Shown here: positions 1 to 11,700 of the stretch, piece after piece
Numbering within the stretch: the stretch's first letter is position 1
Layout of the letters: each line of letters starts with the position of its first letter
Source: Eledone cirrhosa
Lineage: Eukaryota
Assembly (NCBI GenBank): GCA_964016885.1
Contig: OZ024740.1
Coordinates: 435,922,001 to 435,986,000 of the forward strand
Length of the DNA: 64,000 nt
Direction of reading: 5' to 3'
Translations under genes and position numbers: made by a program
The notes under the pieces: model-generated
The model's input: only the letters and a program-made list of their open reading frames with translations
The model's database searches: none
What the model was told of the DNA's origin: nothing

Positions 1-2258
1 AGACTCTGTCTATGTCATTAATCCTTTCATTACCATATTTCTAATAAAAGACACTGTCTATGTCATTAACCCTTTCATTACCATATTTCTAGTAAAAGAC
101 ACTGTCTATGTCATTAACCCTTTCATTACCATATTTCTAGTAAAAGACACTGTCTATGTCATTAACCCTTTCATTACCATATTTCTAGTAAAAGACACTG
201 TCTATGTCATTAAGCCTTTCATTACCATATTTCTAGTAAAAGACACTGTCTATGTCATTAACCCTTTCATTACCATATTTCTAGTAAAAGACACTGTCTA
301 TGTCATTAACCCTTTCATTACAATATTTCTAGTAAAAGACACTGTCTATGTCATTAACCCTTTCATTACCAGATTTCTAGTAAAAGACACTGTCTATGTC
401 ATTAACCCTTTCATTACCATATTTCTAATTAAAGACACTGTCTATGTCATTAACCCTTTCATTACCATATTTCTAGTAAAAGACACTGTCTATGTCATTA
501 ACCCTTTCATTACCATATTTCTAGTAAAAGACACTGTCTATGTCATTAACCCTTTCATTACCATATTTCTAGTAAAAGACACTGTCTATGTCATTAACCC
601 TTTCATTACCATATTTCTAATGAAATACACTGTCTATGTCATTAACCCTTTCATTAACATATTTCTAATGTAGACACTGTCTATATCATTAACCCTTTCA
701 TTACCATATTTCTAATGAAAGACACTGTCTATGTCATTAATCCTTTCATTACCATATTTCTAGTAAAAGACACTGTCTATGTCATTAACCCTTTCATTAC
801 CATATTTCTAATGAAAGACACTGTCTATGTCATTAACCCTTTCATAACCATATTTCTAGTAAAAGACACTGTCTATGTCATTAACCCTTTCATTACCATA
901 TTTCTAATGTAGACACTGTCTATGTCATTAACCCTTTCATTACCATATTTCTAATGAAAGACACTGTCTATGTCATTAATCCTTTCATTACCATATTTCT
1001 AGTAAAAGACACTGTCTATGTAATTAACCCTTTCATTACTATATTTCTAGTAAAAGACACTGTCTATGTCATTAACCCTTTCATTACCATATTTCTAATG
1101 AAAGACACTGTCTATGTCATTAACCCTTTCATAACCATATTTCTAGTAAAAGACACTGTCTATGTCATTAACCCTTTCATTACCATATTTCTAATGTAGA
1201 CACTGTCTATGTCATTAACCCTTTCATTACCATATTTCTAATATAGACACTGTCTATGTCATTAACCCTTTCATTACCATATTTCTAATATAGACACTGT
1301 CTATGTCATTAACCCTTTCATTACCATATTTCTAATGAAAGACACTGTCTATGTCATTAATCCTTTCATTACCATATTTCTAATGAAAGACACTGTCTAT
1401 GTCATAACCCTTTCATTGCCGTATTTCTAGTAAAAGACACTGTCTATGTCATTAACCCTTTCATTACCATATTTCTAATGAAAGACACTGTCTATGTCAT
1501 TAACCCTTTCATTACCATATTTCTAATGAAAGATATTGCCTATGTCATTAACCCTTTCATTACCATATTTCTAATGAAAGACACTGTCTATGTCTTTAAC
1601 CCTTTCATTACTATATTTCTAGTAAAAGACACTGTCTATGTCATTAACCCTTTCATTACCATATTTTTAATGAAAGACACTGTCTATGTCATTAACCCTT
1701 TCATTACCATATTTCTAATGAAAGACACTGTCTATGTCATTAACCTTTTCATTACCATATTTCTAATGAAAGACACTGCCTATGACATTAACCCTTTCAT
1801 TACCATATTTCTAGTAAAATCCACTGTCTATGTCATTAACCCTTTCATTACCATATTTCTAATGAAAGACACTGTCTATGTCATTAACCCTTTCATTACC
1901 ATATTTCTAATGTAGACACTGTCTATGTCATTAACCCTTTCATTACCATATTTCTAATGAAAGACACTATCTATGTCATTCACCCTTTCATTACCATATT
2001 TCTAATGAAAGACACTGTCTATGTCATTAACCCTTTCATTACCATATTTCTAATGAAAGACACTGTCTATGTCATTAACCCTTTCATTACCATATTTCTA
2101 ATGAAACGCACTGTCTATGTCATTAACCCTTTCATTACCATATTTCTAATGAAAGACACTGTCTACGTCATTAACCCTTTCATTACCATATTTCTAATGA
2201 AAGACAGTGTCTATGTCATTAACCCTTTCATTACCATATTTCTAATGAAAGACACTAC
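1..2258. repeat. 48-bp minisatellite (TTAACCCTTTCATTACCATATTTCTA[A/G]T[G/A]AAAGACACTGTCTATGTCA), ~47 copies, runs off the left edge; unit is the left end of a TTAA MITE
   Basis: Direct 48-bp periodicity with occasional 47-bp units (AATGTAGAC); unit start matches the MITE left end at 29832. Confidence 0.97.
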
Positions 2259-2310
2259 CTGTGATATTCAAATCATTTTGAAAATAGGAATTTGAAAGGA
2301 TTTATTAATA
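2219..2310 (+). mobile_element. Left portion of a TTAA-CCCTT MITE, truncated by the LINE 3' end
   Basis: The last satellite unit continues into unique sequence GAATTTGAAAGGATTTATTAA, resembling GAATTTTGAGGGATATACTAA inside the MITE at 29832-30034. Confidence 0.6.
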
Positions 2311-2314
2311 TATG

Positions 2315-5300
2315 TTTCTTTTATTTGCCACCAGGGCATCAAAAGTGGGACAAGTACAATGGGGGGAGTTTACAAAACAAGGCGTTCTCAATAAGGAGGA
2401 AGCAATAACAATATATAAAAATAAAATAAAATATAACAAAAAATAAAATTAATAAGAAAGTCCTCAATAGAGAGGAGGCGCCTTGGGGGGTCGCACACAC
2501 CCCCGAAAAAAGTGTGCAACCCTTCTCCTCAGGAGCACAGAGAAGGGGTGCTCCCTTGGTCTTTCATCTTCCTCACCTATAGTCTGATGTAGAGTGGAGG
2601 CCCATTCACACGGGCCATTCTCGCCACTTTCACCCATCTTTCATAGAAACGGCTGGGGTGCAGCACCTCTCTCTCCATCCTGATCCTTCTTCCGAAATGA
2701 TATCGGAAGAAACGGACCAGTTGTTGGCCAGAGAGAAAGGTGTCTGACCTCAGTCCTTTCAGACGCGTCCACCATACAACCTCTTTCGCCATGACTATTA
2801 CGCACAGAAACACCGCCTCTCCTTCGTTTTTGAAGAGGGGAGGCGGCTTGATCGTTACAATAGACTCGGTGGTAAACCGGATCGGTCCCACCCTTGACAG
2901 CAGTTGTTCGACATAGCCCCACAGATCGTCAATGCCCGAGCAGTGTACCAATGCGTGTGCAACGGTTTCCTCGTCGCACACGCATCTGGGACAGACCTTT
3001 TTCGATGGGTCCCTACCCGGGCGCCCGTGTCTGTAGAGCCTTTCTCGAACGGGCAGAGCCCTTCTGTAGCATTGCCAGGCCAGGGACCTCTGGAAGTTAT
3101 CCATGGGTCCCGGTCTGAATGTCCTACCAAAAAGGTTGGCCAGTTCGTCTTCCTCCATGCCTAGGGCTTCTCCGAGGGCGTCGTCGCACCTGCTAACCAC
3201 CAGCCCTCTATAGAATGACGAGGTGGATTCTCCACTGACAGCCGGGTCCGCCTGCCAGAGAGCCGTGAGCGCCTGGGCACACTCGGTGTGCCAGGCGCCC
3301 AGTTTTCTCGGTCTTTGCTTGACCCAGGATTGCAGCTCGGTGAGTGAGACGAGTCTGGGAAAGGCTCGCCTCACAAACGGGGCCCACACCGGTTGACCGG
3401 AGAGGAATACCTGAAGGTGCCGTAGCCTTAATGCGTGTTTACGTATCATCAGCCACGGCATCCCCAGCCCTCCTTTCGAAGGGTGTTGACAGCAGATGGA
3501 TCTCCTCACCATAGGAGCCCGCTTCTTCCAAAGGAATTGGAAGAGTGCGCGCTCCATTTTGGCGAGCGTTTCCCTTGGGCAAGGCACCACAGTCAGGCGG
3601 TAGTAGATGACGGACGCTATATAAGTGTTCGCCACCTCCCCCCGACCTTTCAGGGACAGTTTGCACTCGGCCCACTTCTGGGTCAGTGCAAACACCCTGC
3701 TCGTCACCTCACCCCAGTTCTTCTCCACCTAGAGGTCTGGTCCGAACCAGACCCCGAGCAATTTCACCGGGCCCTCCGTCCAGCGCCCGACGACGCCATC
3801 GGAGGGCATCGATCTGCCCCTCCACGTGCCGAGTTGCAGACCGATCGACTTGTCCCGGTTCAGCATAGCCCCTGTAAACCTTTCGTACTCCTCCAGTAAG
3901 GTGCCGATCGCCCCGATTTCGGAGGCCGTCGACACCATTACTGTCACGTCATCGGCGTAGGCTGACACCGCTTTCCGCAATCCCGGTTCCAACGGGATGC
4001 CCTGCAACAACTCCAACTTCCGCAGTAGTGGCTCGAGAGTCAACACATACAGAAGGGAGAAGAGAGGGCACCCCTGTCGGATGGACCGCGCGATTTCGAA
4101 CGGCTCCGAGAGGTAGCCGTTCACCTTGACCCTAGAGCAGATGCGGCTGCTGTGCATGGCATTGATCCAGCCCCTGAAAACGGGTCCGAAGCCTGCCGCC
4201 GCTAGCACCGCATCCAGGTAACCATGGTCGACCCTATCGAATGCCTTAGATTGATCCAAGTTGATCAGGGTCCCACCAAAGCCGGGTTCGTTCCCAACCC
4301 TCTCTATGATGTATCGCATGAGGTGGAGGTTATCATGGATGGACCTGGACGGGATAGCACATGTCTGCGCATCTCCCACCAGGTTGCCCACGACAAGCGC
4401 CAACCTCTTTGCTAGCACCTTGGCCAAAATCTGTAACTCTGTATTTAGCAGAGTTATGGGCCTGAAATTATTTATATCGTCCCCCTTGTTCTCGTCCTTC
4501 CTCACTAGCGTGACTACGCCCTTGGTCACAGCACAGGGAATTCTCCCGTTCTGTCGCCAGTTGCAGTAGACCACCTCGAGGAGTTCGGGGAACAAGTCCG
4601 GCATAGCTAGATATAGTTCGTATGGGAGACCATCGAGACCCGGGGATTTGCGTTTGCCGCATTGGCTCAGCACGTCCTCTATCTCAGCGGCTGGAATCGG
4701 CTCCTCGCAGGCTTCGCCTCCCTGTCCGAGAGACGCGGCAGGCCGTCGAGGTATGGACCGAAGTCCACGTCCCCAACCGGCCCCCCGCCCCTTCCGAACA
4801 ATTCGGCAAAGTGATTTTGAAAAGCCTCGCACATCTGCTTAGTTTCAAGGATCACCCGTCCATCCTGGTCTCGCAAAGACCGGATAGTGGATCTGCTCCC
4901 TCTTTTGGCTTCTGTCACGCGGGCCCAGCTAACAGCTTTGGTCCCCTCGTTTCCCAGAGCACGTATTTTGCTTCGGACGATGCAGCCTTCGTGTTTCGCG
5001 TCGAAGAATTGGCCCAGGGCCGTTCTCGACGCTAGCACTCTGGCCACGTCGCCGCTTCTAATTGCCTCTTCTACACTATCTACCAACTCCCTTTCCTTCC
5101 TATTTCTATTGGAGGCTAACTCCTTACTAAATTCTATAGAGACTACTCTAATCTCTCTTTTGAGAGATCCCCACCACCTGCTGTTGACGATGGCGCCCGT
5201 CAACCGCTCCTTAACTAAAGTACTAATCCGGTTCCTGTAAGCCTTACTTGCCGGTAAGGACAAGTTGAGCTTCCAGTAACCGGGTCCCTGTCTATGACTT

Positions 5301-5413
5301 CTGTCAAGGTTGACCATGCAGGTCACTAATTTGTGGTCTGAATAGCCAACCATGCACATTTTTGGACAACTTAAAAAGTCCTTATCCTTAATTCTAACTA
5401 AGAACCTATCTAG
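2315..5413 (-). mobile_element. 5'-truncated non-LTR retrotransposon, L1 superfamily, probably Tx1 clade
   Basis: ORF2 with APE C-terminus, RT and CCHC knuckle; ~260-bp 3' UTR with AATAAA (minus strand, 2325-2320) and a short A-rich end; GC/CpG-rich against an AT-rich background. Confidence 0.93.
2577..5413 (-). pseudogene. Disrupted LINE ORF2 (endonuclease C-terminus, reverse transcriptase, zinc knuckle)
   Basis: Motifs LDRFLV...SDHKLV and GYWKLN (APE end); SPGLDGL, FRPITLLN, LDQSKAFDRVDH, IRQGCPL, YADD (RT); CPRC-x8-H-x4-C. ORFs 4679-5359, 3729-4832 and 2577-3728 join into one by repairing a 1-bp deletion near 4715 and an in-frame TAG at 3731-3729. Confidence 0.93.
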
Positions 5414-5421
5414 GTTCTTAG

Positions 5422-5603
5422 GTGATGTGTTATTTCCTTGAGCAAGACACTTTATTTCACGTTGCTCCAGTTTACTCAGCTGTAGAAATGAGATGATAGG
5501 ACTGGGGTCCCTATCATTAAATCACCAGAGACACCTCCAACGAGATATACATTGGAGGTGGCCAACTAAACCTGCATAGGTGTGAGCTGTAACAACAACA
5601 ACA
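5422..5603 (+). mobile_element. Headless SINE copy (central core plus 3' tail ending in (AAC)n)
   Basis: GTGATGTGTTATTTCCTTGAGCAAGACACTTTATTTCACGTTGCTCCAGTTTACTCAGCTG closely matches the reverse complement of ~33649-33699; tail has two hairpins and ends AACAACAACAAC. Confidence 0.75.
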
Positions 5604-5724
5604 TATATATAGGAAAAGAGTCAGGACGCCGACGACTGAGCTCCAGCTGTTTCGACAGCTAGATCCGAACTATATATATATATATTAAGGGCGAAAACAC
5701 TTCCTTGAGTGAGGGTTTCTTCTA

Positions 5725-8700
5725 TGAAGACCTTCTGCTGTCCAGCTCTCCTCAGAGTTTATCTCTGAAGACCTGCTGTCCAGCTCTCCTCAGAGTTTAT
5801 CTCTGAAGACCTGCTGTCCAGCTCTCCTCAGAGTTTATCTCTGAAGACCTGCTGTCCAGCTCTCCTCAGAGTTTATCTCTGAAGACCTGCTGTCCAGCTC
5901 TCCTCAGAGTTTATCTCTGAAGACCTGCTGTCCAGCTCTCCTCAGAGTTTATCTCTGAAGACCTGCTGTCCAGCTCTCCTCAGAGTTTATCTCTGAAGAC
6001 CTGCTGTCCAGCCCTCCTCAGAGATTATCTCTGAAGGCCTTCTGCTGTCTAGCTCTCGTCAGAGTTTATCTCTGAAGACCTTCTGCTGTCCAGCTCTCCT
6101 CAGAGTTTATCTCTGAAGACCTGCTGTCCAGCTCTCCTCAGACTTTGTCCCTGAAGACCTGCTGTCCAGCTCTCCTCAGAGTTTATCTCTGAAGACCTTC
6201 TGCTGTCCAGCTCTCCTCAGAGTTTATCTCTGAAGACCTGCTGTCCAGCTCTCCTCAGAGTTTATCTCTGAAGACCTGCTGTCCAGCTCTCCTCAGAGTT
6301 TATCTCTTAAGGCCTTCTGCTGTTCAGCTCTCCTCAGAGTTTATCTCTGAAGACCTGCTGTCCAGCTCTCCTCAGAGTTTATCTCTGAAGACCTTCTGTT
6401 GTCCAGCTCTCCTCAGAGTTTGTCTCTGAAGACCTGCTGTCCAGCTCTCGTCAGAGTTTATCTCTGAAGACCTTCTGTTGTGCAGCTCTCCTCAGAGTTT
6501 ATCTCTGAAGACCTGCTGTCCAGCTCTCCTCAGAGTTTATCTCTGAAGACCTGCTGTCCAGCTCTCCTCAGAGTTTATCTCTGAAGACCTGCTGTCCAGC
6601 TCTCCTCAGAGTTTATCTCTGAAGACATGCTGTCCAGCTCTCCTCAGAGTTTATCTCTGAAGACCTTCTGCTGTTCAGCTCTCCTCAGAGTTTATCTCTG
6701 AAGACCTGCTGTCCAGCTATCCTCAGAGTTTATCTCTGAAGATCTGCTGTTCATCTCTCCTCAGAGTTTATCTCTGAAGACCTGCTGTCCAGCTCTCCTC
6801 AGAGTTTATCTCTGAAGACCTTCTGTTGTCCAGCTCTCCTCAGAGTTTATCTCTGAAGAACTGCTGTCCAGCTCTCCTCAGGGTTTATCTCTGAAGACCT
6901 GCTGTCCAGCTTTCCTCAGAGTTTATCTCTGAAGACCTGCTGTCCAGCTCTCCTCAGAGTTTATCTCTGAAGACCTGCTGTCCAGCTCTCCTCAGAGTTT
7001 ATCTCTGAAGGCCTTCTGCTGTCCAGCTCTCCTCACGGTTTATCTCTGAAGACCTGCTGTCCAGCTCTCCTCAGAGTTTATCTCTGAAGACCTGCTATCC
7101 AGCTCTCCTCAGAGTTTATCTCTGAAGGCCTTCTGCTGTCCAGCTCTCCTCAGAGTTTATCTCTGAAGACCTGCTGTCTAGCTCTCCTCAGAGTTTATCT
7201 CTGAAGACCTGCTGTCCAGCTCTTCTCAGAGTTTATCTCTGAAGACATGCTGTCCAGCTCTCCTCAGAGTTTATCTCTGAAGACCTGCTGTCCAGCTCTC
7301 CTCAGAGTTTATCTCTGAAGACCTGCTGTCCATCTCTCCTCAGAGTTTATCTCTGAAGACCTGCTGTCCATCTCTCCTCAGAGTTTATCTCTGAAGACCT
7401 TCTGTTGTCCAGCTCTCCTCAGAGTTTATCTCTGAAGACCTGCTGTCCAGCTCTCCTCAGAGTTTATCTCTGAAGACCTGCTGTCCATCTCTCCTCAGAG
7501 TTTATCTCTGAAGACCTGCTGTCCAGCTCTCCTCAGAGTTTATCTCTGAAGACATGCTGTCCAGCTCTCCTCAGAGTTTATCTCTGAAGACCTTCTGTTG
7601 TCCAGCTCTCCTCAGAGTTTATCTCTGAAGACCTTCTGCTGTCCAGCTCTTTTCAGAGTTTATCTCTGAAGACGTTCTGCTGTCCAGCTCTCCTCAGAGT
7701 TTATCTCTGAAGACCTGCTGTCCATCTCTCCTCAGAGTTTATCTCTGAAGACCTGCTGTCCAGCTCTCCTCAGAGTTTATCTCTGAAGACCTGCTGTCCA
7801 GCTCTCCTCAGAGTATATCTCTGAAGACCTTCTGTTGTCCAGCTCTCCTCAGAGTTTATCTCTGAAGACCTGCTGTCCAGCTCTCCTCAGCGTTTATCTC
7901 TGAAGACCTGCTGTCCAGATCTCCTCAGAGTTTATCTCTGAAGACCTTCTGTTGTCCAGCTCTCCTCAGAGTTTATCTCTGAAGACCTGCTGTCCATCTC
8001 TCCTCAGAGTTTATCTCTGAAGAACTGCTGTCCAGCTCTCCTCAGAGTTTATCGCTGAAGACCTGCTGTCCAGCTCTCCTCAGAGTTTATCTCTGAAGAC
8101 CTTCTGCTGTCCAGCTCTCCTCAGAATTTATCTCTGAAGACCTTCTGCTGTCCAGCTCTCCTCAGAGTTTATCTCTGAAGACCTGCTGTCCAGCTCTCCT
8201 CAGAGTTTATCTCTGAAGACCTGCTGTCCAGCTCTCCTCAGAGTTTATCTCTGAAGACCTGCTGTCCAGCTCTCCTCAGAGTTTATCTCTGAAGACCTGC
8301 TGTCCAGCCCTCCTCAGAGATTATCTCTGAAGACCTGCTGTCTAGCTCTCCTCAGAGTTTATCTCTGAAGACCTGCTGTCCAGCTCTCCTCAGAGTTTAG
8401 CTCTGAAGGCCTTCTGCTGTCCAGCACTCCTCAGAGTTTATCTCTGAAGACCTGCAGTCCAGCTCTCCTCAGAGTTTATCTCTGAAGACCTGCTGTCCAG
8501 CTCTCCTCAGAGTTTATCTCTGAAGACCTTCTGCTGTCCAGCTCTCCTCAGAGTTTATCTCTGAAGACCTGCTGTCCAGCTCTCCTCAGACTTTGTCCCT
8601 GAAGACCTGCTGTCCAGCTCTCCTCAGAGTTTATCTCTGAAGACCTTCTGCTGTCCAGCTCTCCTCAGAGTTTATCTCTGAAGACCTGCTGTCCAGCTCT

Positions 8701-11700
8701 CCTCAGAGTTTATCTCTGAAGACCTGCTGTCCAGCTCTCCTCAGAGTTTATCTCTGAAGACATGCTGTCCAGCTCTCCTCAGAGTTTATCTCTGAAGACC
8801 TTCTGTTGTCCAGCTCTCCTCAGAGTTTATCTCTGAAGACCTGCTGTCCAGCTCTCCTCAGGGTTTATCTCTGAAGACCTGCTGTCCAGCTTTCCTCAGA
8901 GTTTATCTCTGAAGACCTGCTGTCCAGCTCTCCTCAGAGTTTATCTCTGAAGACCTGCTGTCCAGCTCTCCTCAGAGTTTATCTCTGAAGGCCTTCTGCT
9001 GTCCAGCTCTCCTCACGGTTTATCTCTGAAGACCTGCTGTCCAGCTCTCCTCAGAGTTTATCTCTGAAGACCTGCTATCCAGCTCTCCTCAGAGTTTATC
9101 TCTGAAGGCCTTCTGCTGTCCAGCTCTCCTCAGAGTTTATCTCTGAAGACCTGCTGTCTAGCTCTCCTCAGAGTTTATCTCTGAAGACCTGCTGTCCAGC
9201 TCTTCTCAGAGTTTATCTCTGAAGACATGCTGTCCAGCTCTCCTCAGAGTTTATCTCTGAAGACCTGCTGTCCAGCTCTCCTCAGAGTTTATCTCTGAAG
9301 ACCTGCTGTCCAGCTCTCCTCAGAGTTTATCTCTGAAGACCTGCTGTCCATCTCTCCTCAGAGTTTATCTCTGAAGACCTGCTGTCCATCTCTCCTCAGA
9401 GTTTATCTCTGAAGACCTTCTGTTGTCCAGCTCTCCTCAGAGTTTATCTCTGAAGACCTGCTGTCCAGCTCTCCTCAGAGTTTATCTCTGAAGACCTGCT
9501 GTCCATCTCTCCTCAGAGTTTATCTCTGAAGACCTGCTGTCCAGCTCTCCTCAGAGTTTATCTCTGAAGACATGCTGTCCAGCTCTCCTCAGAGTTTATC
9601 TCTGAAGACCTGCTGTCCAGCTCTCCTCAGAGTTTATCTCTGAAGACCTTCTGTTGTCCAGCTCTTTTCAGAGTTTATCTCTGAAGACGTTCTGCTGTCC
9701 AGCTCTCCTCAGAGTTTATCTCTGAAGACCTGCTGTCCATCTCTCCTCAGAGTTTATCTCTGAAGACCTGCTGTCCAGCTCTCCTCAGAGTTTATCTCTG
9801 AAGACCTGCTGTCCAGCTCTCCTCAGAGTATATCTCTGAAGACCTTCTGTTGTCCAGCTCTCCTCAGAGTTTATCTCTGAAGACCTGCTGTCCAGCTCTC
9901 CTCAGCGTTTATCTCTGAAGACCTGCTGTCCAGATCTCCTCAGAGTTTATCTCTGAAGACCTTCTGTTGTCCAGCTCTCCTCAGAGTTTATCTCTGAAGA
10001 CCTGCTGTCCAGCTCTCCTCAGAGTTTATCTCTGAAGAACTGCTGTCCAGCTCTCCTCAGAGTTTATCGCTGAAGACCTGCTGTCCAGCTCTCCTCAGAG
10101 TTTATCTCTGAAGACCTTCTGCTGTCCAGCTCTCCTCAGAATTTATCTCTGAAGACCTTCTGCTGTCCAGCTCTCCTCAGAGTTTATCTCTGAAGACCTG
10201 CTGTCCAGCTCTCCTCAGAGTTTATCTCTGAAGACCTGCTGTCCAGCTCTCCTCAGAGTTTATCTCTGAAGACCTGCTGTCCAGCTCTCCTCAGAGTTTA
10301 TCTCTGAAGACCTGCTGTCCAGCCCTCCTCAGAGATTATCTCTGAAGACCTGCTGTCTAGCTCTCCTCAGAGTTTATCTCTGAAGACCTGCTGTCCAGCT
10401 CTCCTCAGAGTTTATCTCTGAAGGCCTTCTGCTGTCCAGCACTCCTCAGAGTTTATCTCTGAAGACCTGCAGTCCAGCTCTCCTCAGAGTTTATCTCTGA
10501 AGACCTGCTGTCCAGCTCTCCTCAGAGTTTATATCTGAAGACCTTCTGCTGTCCAGCTCTCCTCAGAGTTTATCTCTGAAGACCTGCTGTCCAGCTCTCC
10601 TCAGACTTTGTCCCTGAAGACCTGCTGTCCAGCTCTCCTCAGAGTTTATCTCTGAAGTCCTTCTGCTGTCCAGCTCTCCTCAGAGTTTATCTCTGAAGAC
10701 CTGCTGTCCAGCACTCCTCAGAGTTTATCTCTGAAGACCTGCTGTCCAGCCCTCCTCAGAGTTTATCTCTGAAGACCTTCTGCTGTCCAGCTCTCCTCAG
10801 AGTTTATCTCTGAAGACCTGCTGTCCAGCTCTTCTCAGAGATTATCTCTGAAGACCTGCTGTCTAGCTCTCCTCAGAGTTTATCTCTGAAGACCTGCTGT
10901 CCAGCTCTCCTCAGAGTTTATCTCTTAAGGCCTTCTGCTGTCCAGCACTACTCAGAGTTTATCTCTGAAGACCTGCTGTCCAGCTATCCTCAGAGTTTAT
11001 CTCTGAAGACCTGCTGTCCAGCTCTCCTCAGAGTTTATCTCTGAAGACCTGCTGTCCAGCTCTCCTCAGAGTTTATCTCTGAAGACCTGCTGTCCAGCTC
11101 TCCTCAGAGTTTATCTCTGAAGACCTGCTGTCCAGCTCTTCTCAGAGTTTGTCTCTGAAGACCTGCTGTCCAGCTCTCGTCAGAGTTTATCTCTGAAGAC
11201 CTTCTGTTGTCCAGCTCTCCTCAGAGTTTATCTCTGAAGACCTGCTGTCCAGCTCTCCTCAGAGTTTATCTCTGAAGACCTGCTGTCCAGCTCTCCTCAG
11301 AGTTTATCTCTGAAGGCCTTCTGCTGTCCAGCTCTCTTCAGAGTTTATCTCTGAAGGCCTTCTGCTGTCCAGCTCTCCTCAGAGATTATCTCTGAAGACC
11401 TGCTGTCCAGCTCTCCTCAGAGTTTATCTCTTAAGGCCTTCTGCTGTTCAGCTCTCCTCAGAGTTTATCTCTGAAGACATGCTGTCCAGCTCTCCTCAGA
11501 GTTTATCTCTGAAGACCTTCTGTTGTCCAGCGCTCCTCAGAGTTTGTCTCTGAAGACCTGCTGTCCAGCTCTCGTCAGAGTTTATCTCTGAAGACTTTCT
11601 GTTGTGCAGGTCTCCTCAGAGTTTATCTCTGAAGAGCTACTGTCCAGCTCTTCTCAGAGCTTATCTCTGAAGACCTTCTGTTGTCCAGCTCTCCTCAGAG

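Noticed and set aside
715-2295. Repetitive ORFs (MKDTVYVINPFITIFL)n
   Set aside because: By-product of a 48-bp unit (multiple of 3); frames are broken freely by 47-bp units.
2641-5240. Short ORFs overlapping or antisense to the LINE ORF2
   Set aside because: Shadow frames of GC-rich coding DNA with no recognisable motifs.
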